Assembly (NCBI GenBank): GCA_963737655.1
Contig: CAVTTN010000002.1
Coordinates: 4,096,001 to 4,160,000 of the forward strand
From: an uncultured Planctomycetota bacterium
Lineage (GTDB): Bacteria > Planctomycetota > Planctomycetia > Isosphaerales > Isosphaeraceae
Direction: 5' to 3'
DNA: 64,000 nt
Positions 52,501 through 64,000 of the stretch are shown one piece after another (positions within the stretch are counted from its first letter, which is position 1; every line of letters begins with the position of its first letter). The notes beneath the pieces were generated by a model, which was given only the letters and a program-made list of their open reading frames with translations, had not been told where the DNA came from and made no database searches. Position numbers and translations under genes: made by a program.

Positions 52501-55500
52501 CGGGCAACGTGATCTCGGGTGCCCTGGCCTCGGGCGTGATCCTCAGTGGAGGCTCGGCGAACTCGGTCCTTGGCAACAAGATCGGCACCGATGCGACCGG
52601 AGAGGTCGCCCTGGGCAACGCCGGAGACGGCGTCCTGGTTTCCTCCTCGTCCTCGAACACGATCGGCGGATACACGGCCGCGGCGAAGAACCTGATCTCG
52701 GGCAACCTGGGCGACGGCATCCACGTCCTCGGATCCACGATCAGCGGAGGCGCCTCGGCCTTCAACGTGATCGTGGGCAACTGCGTGGGCCTGGATGCGA
52801 CCGGGACGGCCGCCCTGGCCAACCATCTGGACGGCATCCTCCTCGAAGGGGCGACCGGGACGGTCGTCGGCGGGCCGAGCTCGGCCCAGGGCGTGAACGT
52901 GGTCTCGGGGAACCTGGGCAACGGGATCCACATCCTCGCCGGCTCCGGGAATCTCGTTCAATTCAATCTGATCGGCCTGTCGAAGGACGGCAAGTCGTCG
53001 ATCGCCAACGGCAACACGATGACCGGGCTCGGCGATGGCCTCCTGATCGACAATTCGCCCTCGAACACGCTCAGCGGCAATACGGTCGGCGGGTTCGTCG
53101 AGGCGGCGATCGCCATCATGGGAGCGGGATCGACCGGAAACGTCCTGATCAACAACGTCTCCGGCATGGTCATCACCGGCAACGGGCTGGACGGCATCCT
53201 GCTCGATGGCGCCTCGGGAAATACCATCGGCGGATCGAGCGGTACGGCGAACGTCTTCTCGGGCAACGTCCGCGATGGCATCCGAATCCAGGGCGGATCG
53301 AGCAACAACCTGATCGTCGGCAACCTCGTCGGCCTCGCCGCCGACGGGAAGACGGCCTCGCCCAACGGCGTCGACGGGATCTACCTCGAAGCGTCTTCGG
53401 GCAACACCATCGGCGGGACGGTGACCGGCTCGGCGGACTATATCTCGGGCAACCTGGGTTACGGCATCCACCTCTTCGGTACCGGGGCGACGGGCAACGT
53501 GATCCTCGGCGACTTCATCGGGACGAACGTCGCCGGGACGGCCGCCGTGCCCAACGGCCTGGGCGGCGTGTTCCTGGACGGGGCCCCGAACAACACCGTC
53601 GGCGGGGCCGGGACGGGCGGCGGCAACCTGATCTCGGGCAACGGCCAGGTCGGCGTGTACCTGCTCGGGGCCGGGGCCTCGGGTGATCTCGTGATCGGCA
53701 ACCGGATCGGCCTGGCCGGGACCGGATCGGCGTTCCTGCCGAACACCGGACCGGGCGTCCTGATCGACGGCGCGACCGGCGCCACCGTCGGCGGCGTCGG
53801 GACGGCGGGCAACTCGATCTCGGGCAACTCGGGCGACGGCATCCATCTCCTCGATGGCGCGACCGGCGACCTGATCCTGGGGGATGTCATCCTCTCCAAC
53901 GGCCAGGCGGGGATCGACCTCGACCACGTCACGAACGACAGCGTGGGCGCCGCCGTCGCCGGCAACACGATCTCGGGCAACGCCGGGTCGGGCGTGCTGG
54001 TCAACGCCGGCTCGAACCACCTGATCGTGGGCAACCGGATCGGCACCGACGGCGTGGCGATCCTCGCCGGGGGGAACGGGGTCGCGGGCGTCTTCCTGAT
54101 CGGGACGGGCGGAGTCACGCTCGGCGGGACGACCCAGGCCACCCAGAACGTGATCTCCGGCAACGTGAGCGACGGCGTGGTCGTGAGCGGGGCGACTTCC
54201 GGGAACCTGATCCTGGGCGACCTCATCGGCCTGGATCGCTCCGGGACGCTCGCCTTGCCCAACGGCGGCAATGGCGTGACCCTGCTGAACTCCTCCGGGA
54301 CGACGATCGGAGGCACGGCGGTCGGCTCGGCCGTGGTGATCTCCGGGAACACCGGGGCCGGCGTCAGCATCAGCGGAGGCTCGGCCAACGTCCTCCTGGG
54401 GGATTTCGTCGGGACGAACTCCTCGGGGACCTCGCCCCTGGGCAATCACGAGGACGGCATCGACCTCCTCTCGACCACGTCCAACACCCTGGGCGGACTG
54501 ACCTCGGCGAGTCGCAACATCATCTCGGGCAACCTCCACTCGGGCGTGAATGTCTCGCTCGGCGGGAGCAACGTCCTGGTCGGGAACTTCATCGGGTTGG
54601 ACATCAACGGGGGAGGAGCCGTCGCGAACGGTTCCGACGGGGTGGTCCTGAACGACGCCGGCCAGACCACCGTGGGCGGTCTGGTCGCCGGCGCGAGGAA
54701 CGTGATCTCGGGGAACCTCGGCGACGGCGTGCGGATCACCGGCGGCTCGAACAACGTGATCGCGGGCAACTTCATCGGCACCAACGCCGGCGGCAGCACC
54801 AAGGTGCCGAACACCGGCAACGGACTGGCGATCCTCGATTCCCCCGGCAACACGATCGGCGGCTCGATCCCGGCGGCAGCCAACGTGCTGTCGGGCAATT
54901 CGTTGTCCGGGCTCACGATCGATGGCGGCCTCTCAGGCTCGACCGGCGATCAAATCATCGGCAACCTGGTCGGGACCGACTCGACGGGTTCCTACGGGGT
55001 CGCCAACGGCCAGTTCGGCGCGGTCCTCACAAATGTCTCGGCCGTGACCGTGGGCGGGACGGCCGCCGGCCTGGGGAACGTCTTCTCCGGGAACAGCCTG
55101 GCCGGGCTGGAGATCGTGGGAGGGGTGCTCGATCCGAGTTCCGGCCTGGTCAGCGGCAACGTGGTCGTCCAGGGGAATTATCTCGGCGTGAACCTGGGGG
55201 GAACGGCCGTCGCTCCCAACTCCGGGGACGGCCTGCTGATCTCGGGATCGGCCGCCAACACGATCGGCGGAACGGCACCCGGATCGCGCAACGTGATCTC
55301 GGGGAACCTCGGCAACGGCGTGGAGATCCTCGGGCCGAACGCCTCGAACAACCTGATCCTCGGAGACCTGATCGGCACCGACCTGACGGGCCTGGCCGCC
55401 CTGGCCAACACCGGGGACGGCGTCCTGATCACCCACGCCCTCGGCACGACGATCGGCGGCCTTTCCGCCTCCGCCCGCGACGTGATCTCCGGGAACCTGA

Positions 55501-58500
55501 AGGCGGGCATCGAGCTTCAGACGAGCGGGAGCACCCTGATCGTCGGCAACTACCTGGGCTTGAACGCCTCGGGCGCCGCGGGCCTGCCCAACTCGGGCGA
55601 CGGGGTGAAGCTCTCGAACTCCCCGAACAATGTCGTCGGCGGTCCGGCCGGGGCCGGCAACGCGATCTCGGGGAACCTCGGCGCGGGGGTCGAGATCGTC
55701 GGCAGCCTCTCCTCGGGGAACTCGATCGACGGCAACCTGATCGGCACGGACCAGGCCGGCGCGTCGTCCGTGGCGAACGTGGGCGACGGCGTCCTCATCA
55801 CCGGATCGGCGGGGAACACGATCGGCGGAACGTCGGGCAACGTGATCTCGGGCAACCTGTCCAACGGAATCGAGGTCTCCGGGGTGGTTTCCGGCGGCGA
55901 GACGATCGTCGGGAACCTCGTCGGCCTGGCAGCCGGAGGCGTCACGTCCCTGGGCAATAACCGGGACGGCGTCCTCGTGATCGGGTCGTCGGGCGTGACC
56001 ATCGGCGGGACGGCCCCGGGTTCGGGCAATGCGGTTTCCGGCAACAATGCCGAGGGGATCCACGTCCTCGGCGGCCTCGGGAATCTGCTCGTCGGCAACT
56101 TCCTGGGGACCGATCGCCAGGCACTCGGCACGAAGCTGGGCAACGCCCGGGACGGCGTCCTGATCGAGAGCTCGTCCTCGAACACCATCGGCGGGACGAC
56201 GGCCGGGGCCCGCAACGTGATCGTCTCGAACGTCCTCGACGGCGTGAACGTCCTGGCGACCAACGCGACGGCGGCCAACTTGATCGTCGGCAACTACATC
56301 GGAGTGGGCGCCGACGGCTTGACGGCCGCCGGCAACGGCAAGGACGGGATCGCCGTGAACGGGGCCATCGGCACCACGATCGGCGGGATGGGCGCCTCGG
56401 GCAACGTGATCTCGGCCTCCGGCGGGTCGGGCGTCCACCTCTCGACGGCCTCCTCGGTCCTCGTCCTGGGCAACTGGATCGGCACGGACTCGACGGGGAC
56501 CGTCGCCCTCGGAAATCGCGGGGACGGCGTTCTCGAAGACGGGACGACCGGTGCCACGATCGGCGGCCTGGCGGCCTCGAACACGATCTCGGCCTCCGGG
56601 GGAGACGGCGTCCACCTCGTCGGCGGCTCGAACCTCCTGATCCTGGGCAACCTGATCGGCTCGACCGGCTCGATCACCTCCAAGGGGAACGCGGCCGACG
56701 GCGTGGCGATCGAAGGGGCCGCGTCGTCCGTGACCATCGGCGGGACGGTCGCCGGCTCGGCCAACGTCATCGGCCTGAACGCCGGCGACGGCATCCACGC
56801 GACCAGCGCCTCGCAAGTGGTCATCCTGGGCAACTTCGTCGGGATCAGCCCGACCGACGCCAAGCTCGGCAACTCGGCCGACGGCATCCTGCTCGACGGC
56901 GTCGGACAGGTCACCGTCGGCGGGACCACGGCCGCGTCGGCCAACATCGTGGGATTCAACGGGATCAGCGGCATCCACGTCGCCAACGCCAGCCCGACGG
57001 CCGGCCTGGGCAACCTGATCGAGGGAAACCTGGTCGGGACCAACGGCGCCGGAACGGCCGCCGCGGCCAACAGCCAGGATGGCATCCTGATCGACAAGTC
57101 CAGCCATCAAACCGTCGGCGGGACCGCCCTCGGAGCCGGCAACCTCGTCTCGGGGAACGTGGCCGTCGGCGTCCACGTCCTCGGATCGAGCGTCGGCAAC
57201 AATGCGATCCTGGGCAATACGATCGGGCTGTCGCGGGTCACGACCGCCCTGGGCAACGGGCTGAGCGGCGTCCTGATCGAGGCCTCGAACGCCAACACCA
57301 TCGGCGGGACGGCCTCAGGCTCGGCCAACGTGATCGCCGGCAACGGCGAGTCGGGCGTGCAGGTCAAGACCAGCGTTTCGGGCGCGACCGGCAACCTGAT
57401 CGTCGGCAACTTCCTCGGGACCGACGCCAACGGCGACTCCGGGATCGGCAACGGCCTGGACGGCGTCTTCCTCAACCAGGTCCTGAACGTCACGGTCGGC
57501 GGGACCGCCGCCGGCTCGGCCAACATTATCTCCGGGAACCTCCGCAACGGCGTGTATGTCTTCGACACCCAGGGCAAGATTTCCGCGGGGAACCTGATCC
57601 TCGGCAACAAGATCGGCCTGGATTCGAGCGGGACCGCCCTGGGCAACGGCGCCGATGGCGTGCGGGTCGAGAACGCCAACGGAACGACCGTGGGCGGCCT
57701 GGTCCTTGGCGCCCAGAACGTGATCTCGGGCAACACCGGCAACGGCGTGTCGGTCATCGGCCAGTTCGTCACGATCGAGTCGATCGTGGGAGACCGGATC
57801 GGCACCAACGAGGCCGGGACCTCGGCGATCCCGAATAGCCTGGACGGCATCTTGATCAGCCAGGCCTCGGGCGTGACCGTGGGCGGGACGACCGCGGCGG
57901 CGAGCGTCCTGATCTCGGGCAATTTCGCCAACGGGGTCGAGATCACCAACGGGGCCTCGGGCAACCTGATCGCCGGAGACACGATCGGCCTGAACCTGGC
58001 CGGATCGCCGCTGGGCAACCTCCGGGACGGCGTCCTGATCTCCGGCCAGAACACCCGGGGCAACAGCCTTGGCGGCTCGGGGGTTGGATCGGCCGTCGTG
58101 ATCGCGGGGAACCTGGGCAACGGGGTTGAGATCAACCTCGGGGCCTCGGCGAACCTCGTCGCAGGCGACCGGATCGGCACGGACCTGCTCGGGACGACCG
58201 GACTCGGCAACTCCCTGGCTGGCGTGGTCGTTTCGGGGCTCGGTACGGTCTCGAACACCATCGGAGGCGCCGCCTCGCTGGGCAACACGATCTCCGGGAA
58301 CGCCTCCAGCGGCGTGGCGATCCTCTCGGGGGCCTCGGCCACGGCGGTCGTCGGCAGCCTGATCGAGCTTTCAGGCACCGGGGCGTCCCCGGCCGACGGA
58401 GTCCTGATCTCCGGGGCCTCGTACAACACGATCGGCGGGGGCGTCGGCCTGGCGAACACAATCGTCCTGAACACCGGGAGCGGCGTGAACCTGTCGGCTC

Positions 58501-61500
58501 AGGCGGGGAATAACCTGATCGTCGGGGACTTCATCGGCACGGACCCGGCCTCAACGCCCAACCTCGGCAACCTGGCCGACGGCGTGAGCCTCTCCGGGGC
58601 CGTGAGCAACACGATCGGCGGGATTTCGGCCGTCGATCGCGTGTACATCGTCGGCAATCAGAAGGTCGGCATCGACTTGCTCTCGGCCTCGTCCAGCAAC
58701 CGCATCCTGGGCGACTGGATCGGCGTCGCCCCCGACGGCCAGGGGATGGGCAACCTGCTCTCGGGCGTGAACATCGCGTCGTCCGAGTCGAACACGATCG
58801 GCGGCACCGAGGCCGGCGCCTCCAATGTCATCTCGGCCAATTTCGAGAACGGCGTGGAGGTCGCGGGCGGCGGCAAGATCGGCAACGTCCTGGTGGGCAA
58901 CTTGATCGGGACCGACGCCTCGGGCGCGGCCGGGCTGGGCAATCAGCTCGACGGTGTCCTGTTCGGCGGAGGGGCCCGGAACACCCTCGGCGGCACCGGC
59001 TCGGCCGCCAACACGATCTCCGGCAACCTCGGCAACGGCGTGGACCTCCTCGGAGGGGCCGCCAGCAACAACATCATCGGCAACCTGATCGGCTTCGCCT
59101 CGGGCCATGCCCTGGGCAACGCGGGGAACGGCGTGCTCGTGACCGGGGCCGCCACCGGCAACGTCATCGGCACCGCGGACCTCGGCAATACGATCGTCGC
59201 CAGCGGGATGAACGGCATCCAGATCGACGGCTCCTCGTCGAATAACTTCGTCGAGGGGGACTACATCGGGACCGACGCCTCGGGACGCACGAACCTGGGC
59301 AATAGCCTCTCGGGCGTCCTGGTCCTGAATTCCTCGGGCAACGTGATCGGGCTGGGCGCCTCGGTGACGGCCAACTCGCTCGGCCTGGGCAACGTGATCG
59401 CCGGCAACCTCAAGGACGGCGTGACGCTGGGCGTCGGGGCGAATGGGACGACCGTCTCCGGCAACGCGATCGGCCGGACCCTCGGCGGGATCGACCTGAG
59501 CAATGCCGGAGACGGCCTGTCGATCGCCGGAGACAACACCCAGGCCACCGGCAACCTCGTCGTGGCCAATGGCCTGGACGGCGTCCTCGTCATGGGCCTG
59601 AACAACACGATCGGCGGTCGCGCCGGGTCCTCGGCCCAGACGATCGCCCGGAACCTGGGCGCGGGCGTCCATCTCCAGAACACCACGGCCTCGAAGAACC
59701 TGGTCCTCAACGACCTGATCGCCTCGAACCTGGCGCAGGGCGTGTTCTTCCAGGACGCCCCGGGCAACTCGGTCGTGGGCGACACGATCACGGCCAACGC
59801 CACCGGAGGAGTGCTCCTCCAGGACGCTTCGGGCAACACCATCGGCGGAGCGATCGCCGGCCTGGCGAACCTGATCCTCAACAATACCGGCACGGGCGTG
59901 GCCATCTCCGGCTCGCTGGCCTCGGCGAACCTGGTTCAGGGCAACACGATCCAGGGCTCGACCGGCGACGGCCTGGCGATCAACGCCGGATCGGCGAACA
60001 CCATCGGCGGCCTGGCCTCGAGGACCGTCCTCGGCGGCAACCTCGTCGTGGCGAGCGGGAACGACGGCATCCACCTCCTGAACCTCGCCACGAGCAACGA
60101 CCTCTTCGGCAATACCATCGGCGGGAAGGCCGGCCTGGCGAACCTCGCCAACGGCCTGGAGATTGCCGATTCGAAGAGCAACGAGGTCGGGCTGGCCAAT
60201 GGCATGGGCAACGTGATCATCGGCAACTCCCTGGGCGGCATCCTGATCACCGGGACGTCCAGTCAGAACAGCCTGTTTGCCAACGCGATCGGCACCGACT
60301 TCGCCGGAAACGCCGGGCTGGGCAACGGCGGGGACGGCGTCCAGATCCTCTCGGCGACCACGAACTTGATCGGCTCGGCCGGACAGGGAAACACGATTGC
60401 CGGCAACACCGGGGCCGGCGTCCATGTCCTGAACGGAACGGTCTCGGGCTCCGTCTCGGTGAGCAACGTCATCCAGGGGAACCTGATCGGACTCGGCGGG
60501 GCAGTAACTCGGCAGACCCTCGGGATCTTGCTCGACGATGCGACGGGGAATCTGATCGGCGGCGCGTCGGCCGGTGCCGGCAACACAATCGGCTTCAGCC
60601 AGGCGGCCGGGATCGAGATTTTCGGAATCGCCGCCTCGATCGGCTCGGGCAACGTGGTCCAGGGCAATGCGATCGGGACCGACGGCAAGGGCGCCCGGAG
60701 CAATGGCGGAGACGGTGTCCTGATCCTCGGTGCCTCGGGCAACACGATCGGCGGCCCGGCGGGCGTGGGCAATACCATCGCCTTCAACGCCCTGACCGGC
60801 GTTCACGTGACAAACGGGACGATCTCGGGCTCGCTCGGCAACGTGATCCAGGGGAACCTGATCGGCCTGGCCGGCTCGCCGGTCCAGACCGTCGGCGTGT
60901 TCCTCGACGACGCCGCCGGCAACACCGTCGGCGGTACGGCCACGAAGGCCGGCAACACGATCGGCTTCAGCCAGGCCGACGGCGTCCAGATCGTCGGCTC
61001 GATTTCCTCGGGCAATGTGCTCCTGGGCAACCAGATCGGCGCGTCGGCCGGCTCGACGGTCGGAGCCAACGGGGCCTCGGGCGTCCTGATCGACGGGGCC
61101 TCGAATAACACGATCGGTGGCTCGGCGACCGGCTCGGCCAACGTGATCGCCTCGAACGCGACCTTCGGAATCCGCATCCACGCGGGGACCGCGAACCTGG
61201 TCGCCTCCAACGCGATCGGGATGCCCGCCACGGGCGGCAACGGCCGGGATGGCGTGTTCCTGGACTCGGCCTCGGGCAACATGATCGGTGGAGGGGCCGG
61301 GTTCGGCAACGTGGTCCTCAACAACCTCGGCAGCGGAGTCCTGATCGGCGCCTCGTCGTCGGGCAACTCGGTGTCCGGGAACTACATCGGGGCCGACGCG
61401 AACACGGTCGTCTCGGGCAACGCCGGGGACGGCGTGACGATCGACGGGCCGGGCAACCTGGTCGGGGGCAGCTCGGTCGGGTTCGGCAACGTGATCGTCG

Positions 61501-64000
61501 GGAACCTGGGCAATGGCGTCCATCTCGCCGGGGCCTCGGCCTCGGGGAACGTGGTGGCCGGCAACCTGATCGGGACCAACGCGAGCGGCAAGGCCGGCGT
61601 CGGCAATCTTCTGGACGGGATCCTGCTCGAGTCCGCGTCGAGCAACACGATCGGCTCGGCCCTGGTCAAGAATGTTGTCGCCAGCAGCGGCCTGAACGGG
61701 ATCGACATCGTCGGGACATCCTCCGACAACGTCTTGCTGGGCAATGACGTCGGCCTCGACGAGAACGCCAATCACACCAGCCTCGCCAACGCCCTGGACG
61801 GCATCCTCGTCTCCCGGGGCACGGGCAACACGATCGGCTCGGCGACGACCGCCGTGGGCGCGATCAACGTGATCTCCAACAACCAGGGGTCGGGCATCCA
61901 CCTCGGGGCGTCGTCGTCCTCGACCGTGATCGTCCATTCCTACGTCGGCACCCTGGCCAGTGGTGCTTCCAAACTCGGCAACATGCAGGATGGCATCCTG
62001 ATCGACGGCTCGTCCGGCAACGTGGTCGGCGGATATGCCGACGGCTACCGGAACGTGATCGCCGACAACCATCAGAATGGCATCCACGTGAGCGGCTCCG
62101 CCGCGACCGCGAACCTGATCGCGGGCAACTACATCGGCGTGGACTTCACCGGGGCGAATTACGACGGCAATTTCGCCGCGGGCGTGTTCCTGGACGGGGC
62201 GGGCGGCAACACGATCTCCGGCCTGCTGCCCCCTCCGCCGTCGGCGGGCGTCTCGGCGACGACCTCCGGCGTCAGCGTGATCTCGGGCAACCTGGGCGAC
62301 GGCGTGAAGATCGGCGGGTCTCTGGCGGCCTCGAACGTCGTCTCGGCGAATCTGATCGGCCTGAACGCGGCCGGGACCGCCCCGCTCAGCAATGGATTCT
62401 CCGGCGTGGAGATCGCCGACGCCCCGGGGACGCTGATCGGCGGCCCGGCCGTCGGCCAGGGCAACGTGATCTCCGGCAACGGCCTGATCTACACCACCGG
62501 GAACGCCAACACGATGTCGGCCTCGGGCGTCCTGGTGACCGGGGCCGGCTCCTCGGGCACCCTGATCCAGAGCAACCGGATCGGAACGACCAGCGACGGC
62601 AAGCTGAGTGCCGGGAACCTCGGCGACGGCATCCACGTCCAGGGGACCTCGGCCGTCACGATCCGCGGCAATGTGATCTCCGGGAACGGCCAGGCGACGG
62701 CCGGGCAATCCGCCGGGGTCCACCTGATCGGCCCGGGGACCGTGGGCATCCTGATCGCCGGGAACCTGATCGGCACGGACTTCACGGGCAAGCTGGCCGT
62801 CGGCAACGCCCAGGACGGCGTCCTGATCGAGTCGGGCGCCTCGGGGAATACCCTGGGCGGCCTCACCGCGACCGACCGTAACATCATCTCCGGCAACAAC
62901 CAACCGGTCGCGGCCATCATGGGGACCGGGCCGAACGGTTATGCCTCCGGCGGCGTTCACCTGCTGGGGGGAGCGACCGGAAACCTGGTCGTCGGGAACT
63001 TTGTTGGGCTGGACGTCGACGGCGCGGTCGCCCTGCCGAACCGGCAGGACGGCGTCCTGATCGGCCAGGGCGCGACGGGCAACACCATCGGTGGGACGGG
63101 CGCCGGCGCCACCAACGTGATCTCGGGGAACAACTACAACGGCATCCATATCACCGACGCCACCACCGCCAACAACGCGATCCAGGGCAATTTCATCGGG
63201 ACCGATCTCTCCGGCACGACGATCCAGGACCTCAACCACAAGTCCCTGGGGAACGCCAACGACGGGATCTGGATCGTCAATGCCCCGAGCGTGACGATCG
63301 GCGGGGAGGCGGCCGAGGCGCGGAACGTGATCTCGGGGAACGCCGGCAACGGCATCCAGGTCGGCGACTCGAGCGGCGAGATCTCCTCCTCGGCCGCGGG
63401 CGCCGTGATCCTGAACAACCTGATCGGCGTCGACAAGACCGGGGGCGTGTCCCTCGGCAACGCCCTGGACGGCATCTTCGTGGTGAACCTCAAGGCGGCC
63501 CCGTCGGCCTCCGGGACGGCCGTGCCGGCCTCGATGCAGGTCCTCGGCAACGTGATCTCCGGGAACGTCCAGGACGGCATCCTCGCCGTGAATTCCTCGG
63601 AACTCCTGGTCCTGGGCAACAAGATCGGGACGGACGCCTCGGGCACCCTGCCCCTGGGCAACGTCGCCGACGGTTTGGTCTTGAGCCACACCGACGCCTC
63701 GACGATCGGCGGGACCACCGACGTGGCCGCCAACGTGATCTCGGGCAACTTCCAGGCGGGCCTCCGCCTCGATGGCTCCTCGAACAACGTGATCGCCAAC
63801 GACCGCATCGGCACCGACATGACCGGCTCGCTCGACCTGGGCAACCGGGACAGCGGCGTGATCATCGAGCTCGGGTCCGCCGGCAATTTCGTCGGCGGGG
63901 GCTACGCCGGCGCGGGGAATCTGATCTACGCCAACGTCGGTTCCGGCGTGATGATCCAGGGCACGAGCGACGGGACGACCTCCGGCAACGTCGTCCAGGG
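37567..64000 (+). CDS. Giant right-handed beta-helix repeat surface protein (>8,800 aa, 3' end outside the window), -1 frameshift near 51916
   Basis: Export motif RRALAQRLFVEQMEPRQLLS; very many NTIGG / NVISGN / GN.IGT repeats. Frame 1 runs 37567 to about 51917, and the same repeats continue in frame 3 from 51918 to the window end with no stop seen. Confidence 0.9.

Noticed and set aside
37543..63886. Very long minus-strand ORFs (943, 1738, 925, 747 and 1712 aa) and many shorter ones
   Set aside because: Antisense shadows of the GC3-biased, repetitive plus-strand gene; no recognisable motifs.
37567..64000. SGAT/TGAT-like strings in the giant protein as ApbE flavinylation sites
   Set aside because: Expected by chance in a G/S/T/A-rich sequence, and mostly without the upstream Asp context.
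1..64000. CRISPR array or rRNA genes
   Set aside because: No regularly spaced identical repeats or rRNA-like sequence were seen; the repeats in the giant gene are degenerate coding repeats.

Overview
High-GC bacterial DNA that is almost certainly from a planctomycete (probably Isosphaeraceae-like). This rests on a PVC-type heme-binding protein, planctomycete 'RR-x-E-x-LE-x-R-x-LL' export motifs and typical gene content. The window has three parts. (1) Positions 1-14020 are the right arm of a decaying integrative island anchored at the 3' end of tRNA-Gln(CTG). It carries an excisionase-like gene, a tyrosine integrase, an intact IS3-family element joining two unrelated gene remnants, a nonsense-disrupted GHKL-ATPase/PD-(D/E)xK nuclease fusion, an archaeal-type Pth2 and several pseudogenes. 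(2) Positions 14021-37138 look like core genome: two tRNAs, a secreted cyclophilin, a protease, a small Cys/Pro-rich secreted protein, an apbE/FGE-like/Tat-dehydrogenase/ThuA cluster, a nested REP doublet, and an 8-gene operon led by a divergent RuBisCO-like protein (form IV) that looks like an uncharacterised sugar or sugar-acid catabolic pathway. (3) Positions 37567 to beyond 64000 are one giant beta-helix repeat surface protein gene of more than 8,800 codons, broken by a single -1 frameshift near 51916 and running off the window. The best candidates for undescribed biology are the RLP operon, a possible non-canonical ApbE flavinylation site (DAVSRPT) in the FGE-like protein, and the giant beta-helix. 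All family calls come from motif recognition by eye; no database search was run.
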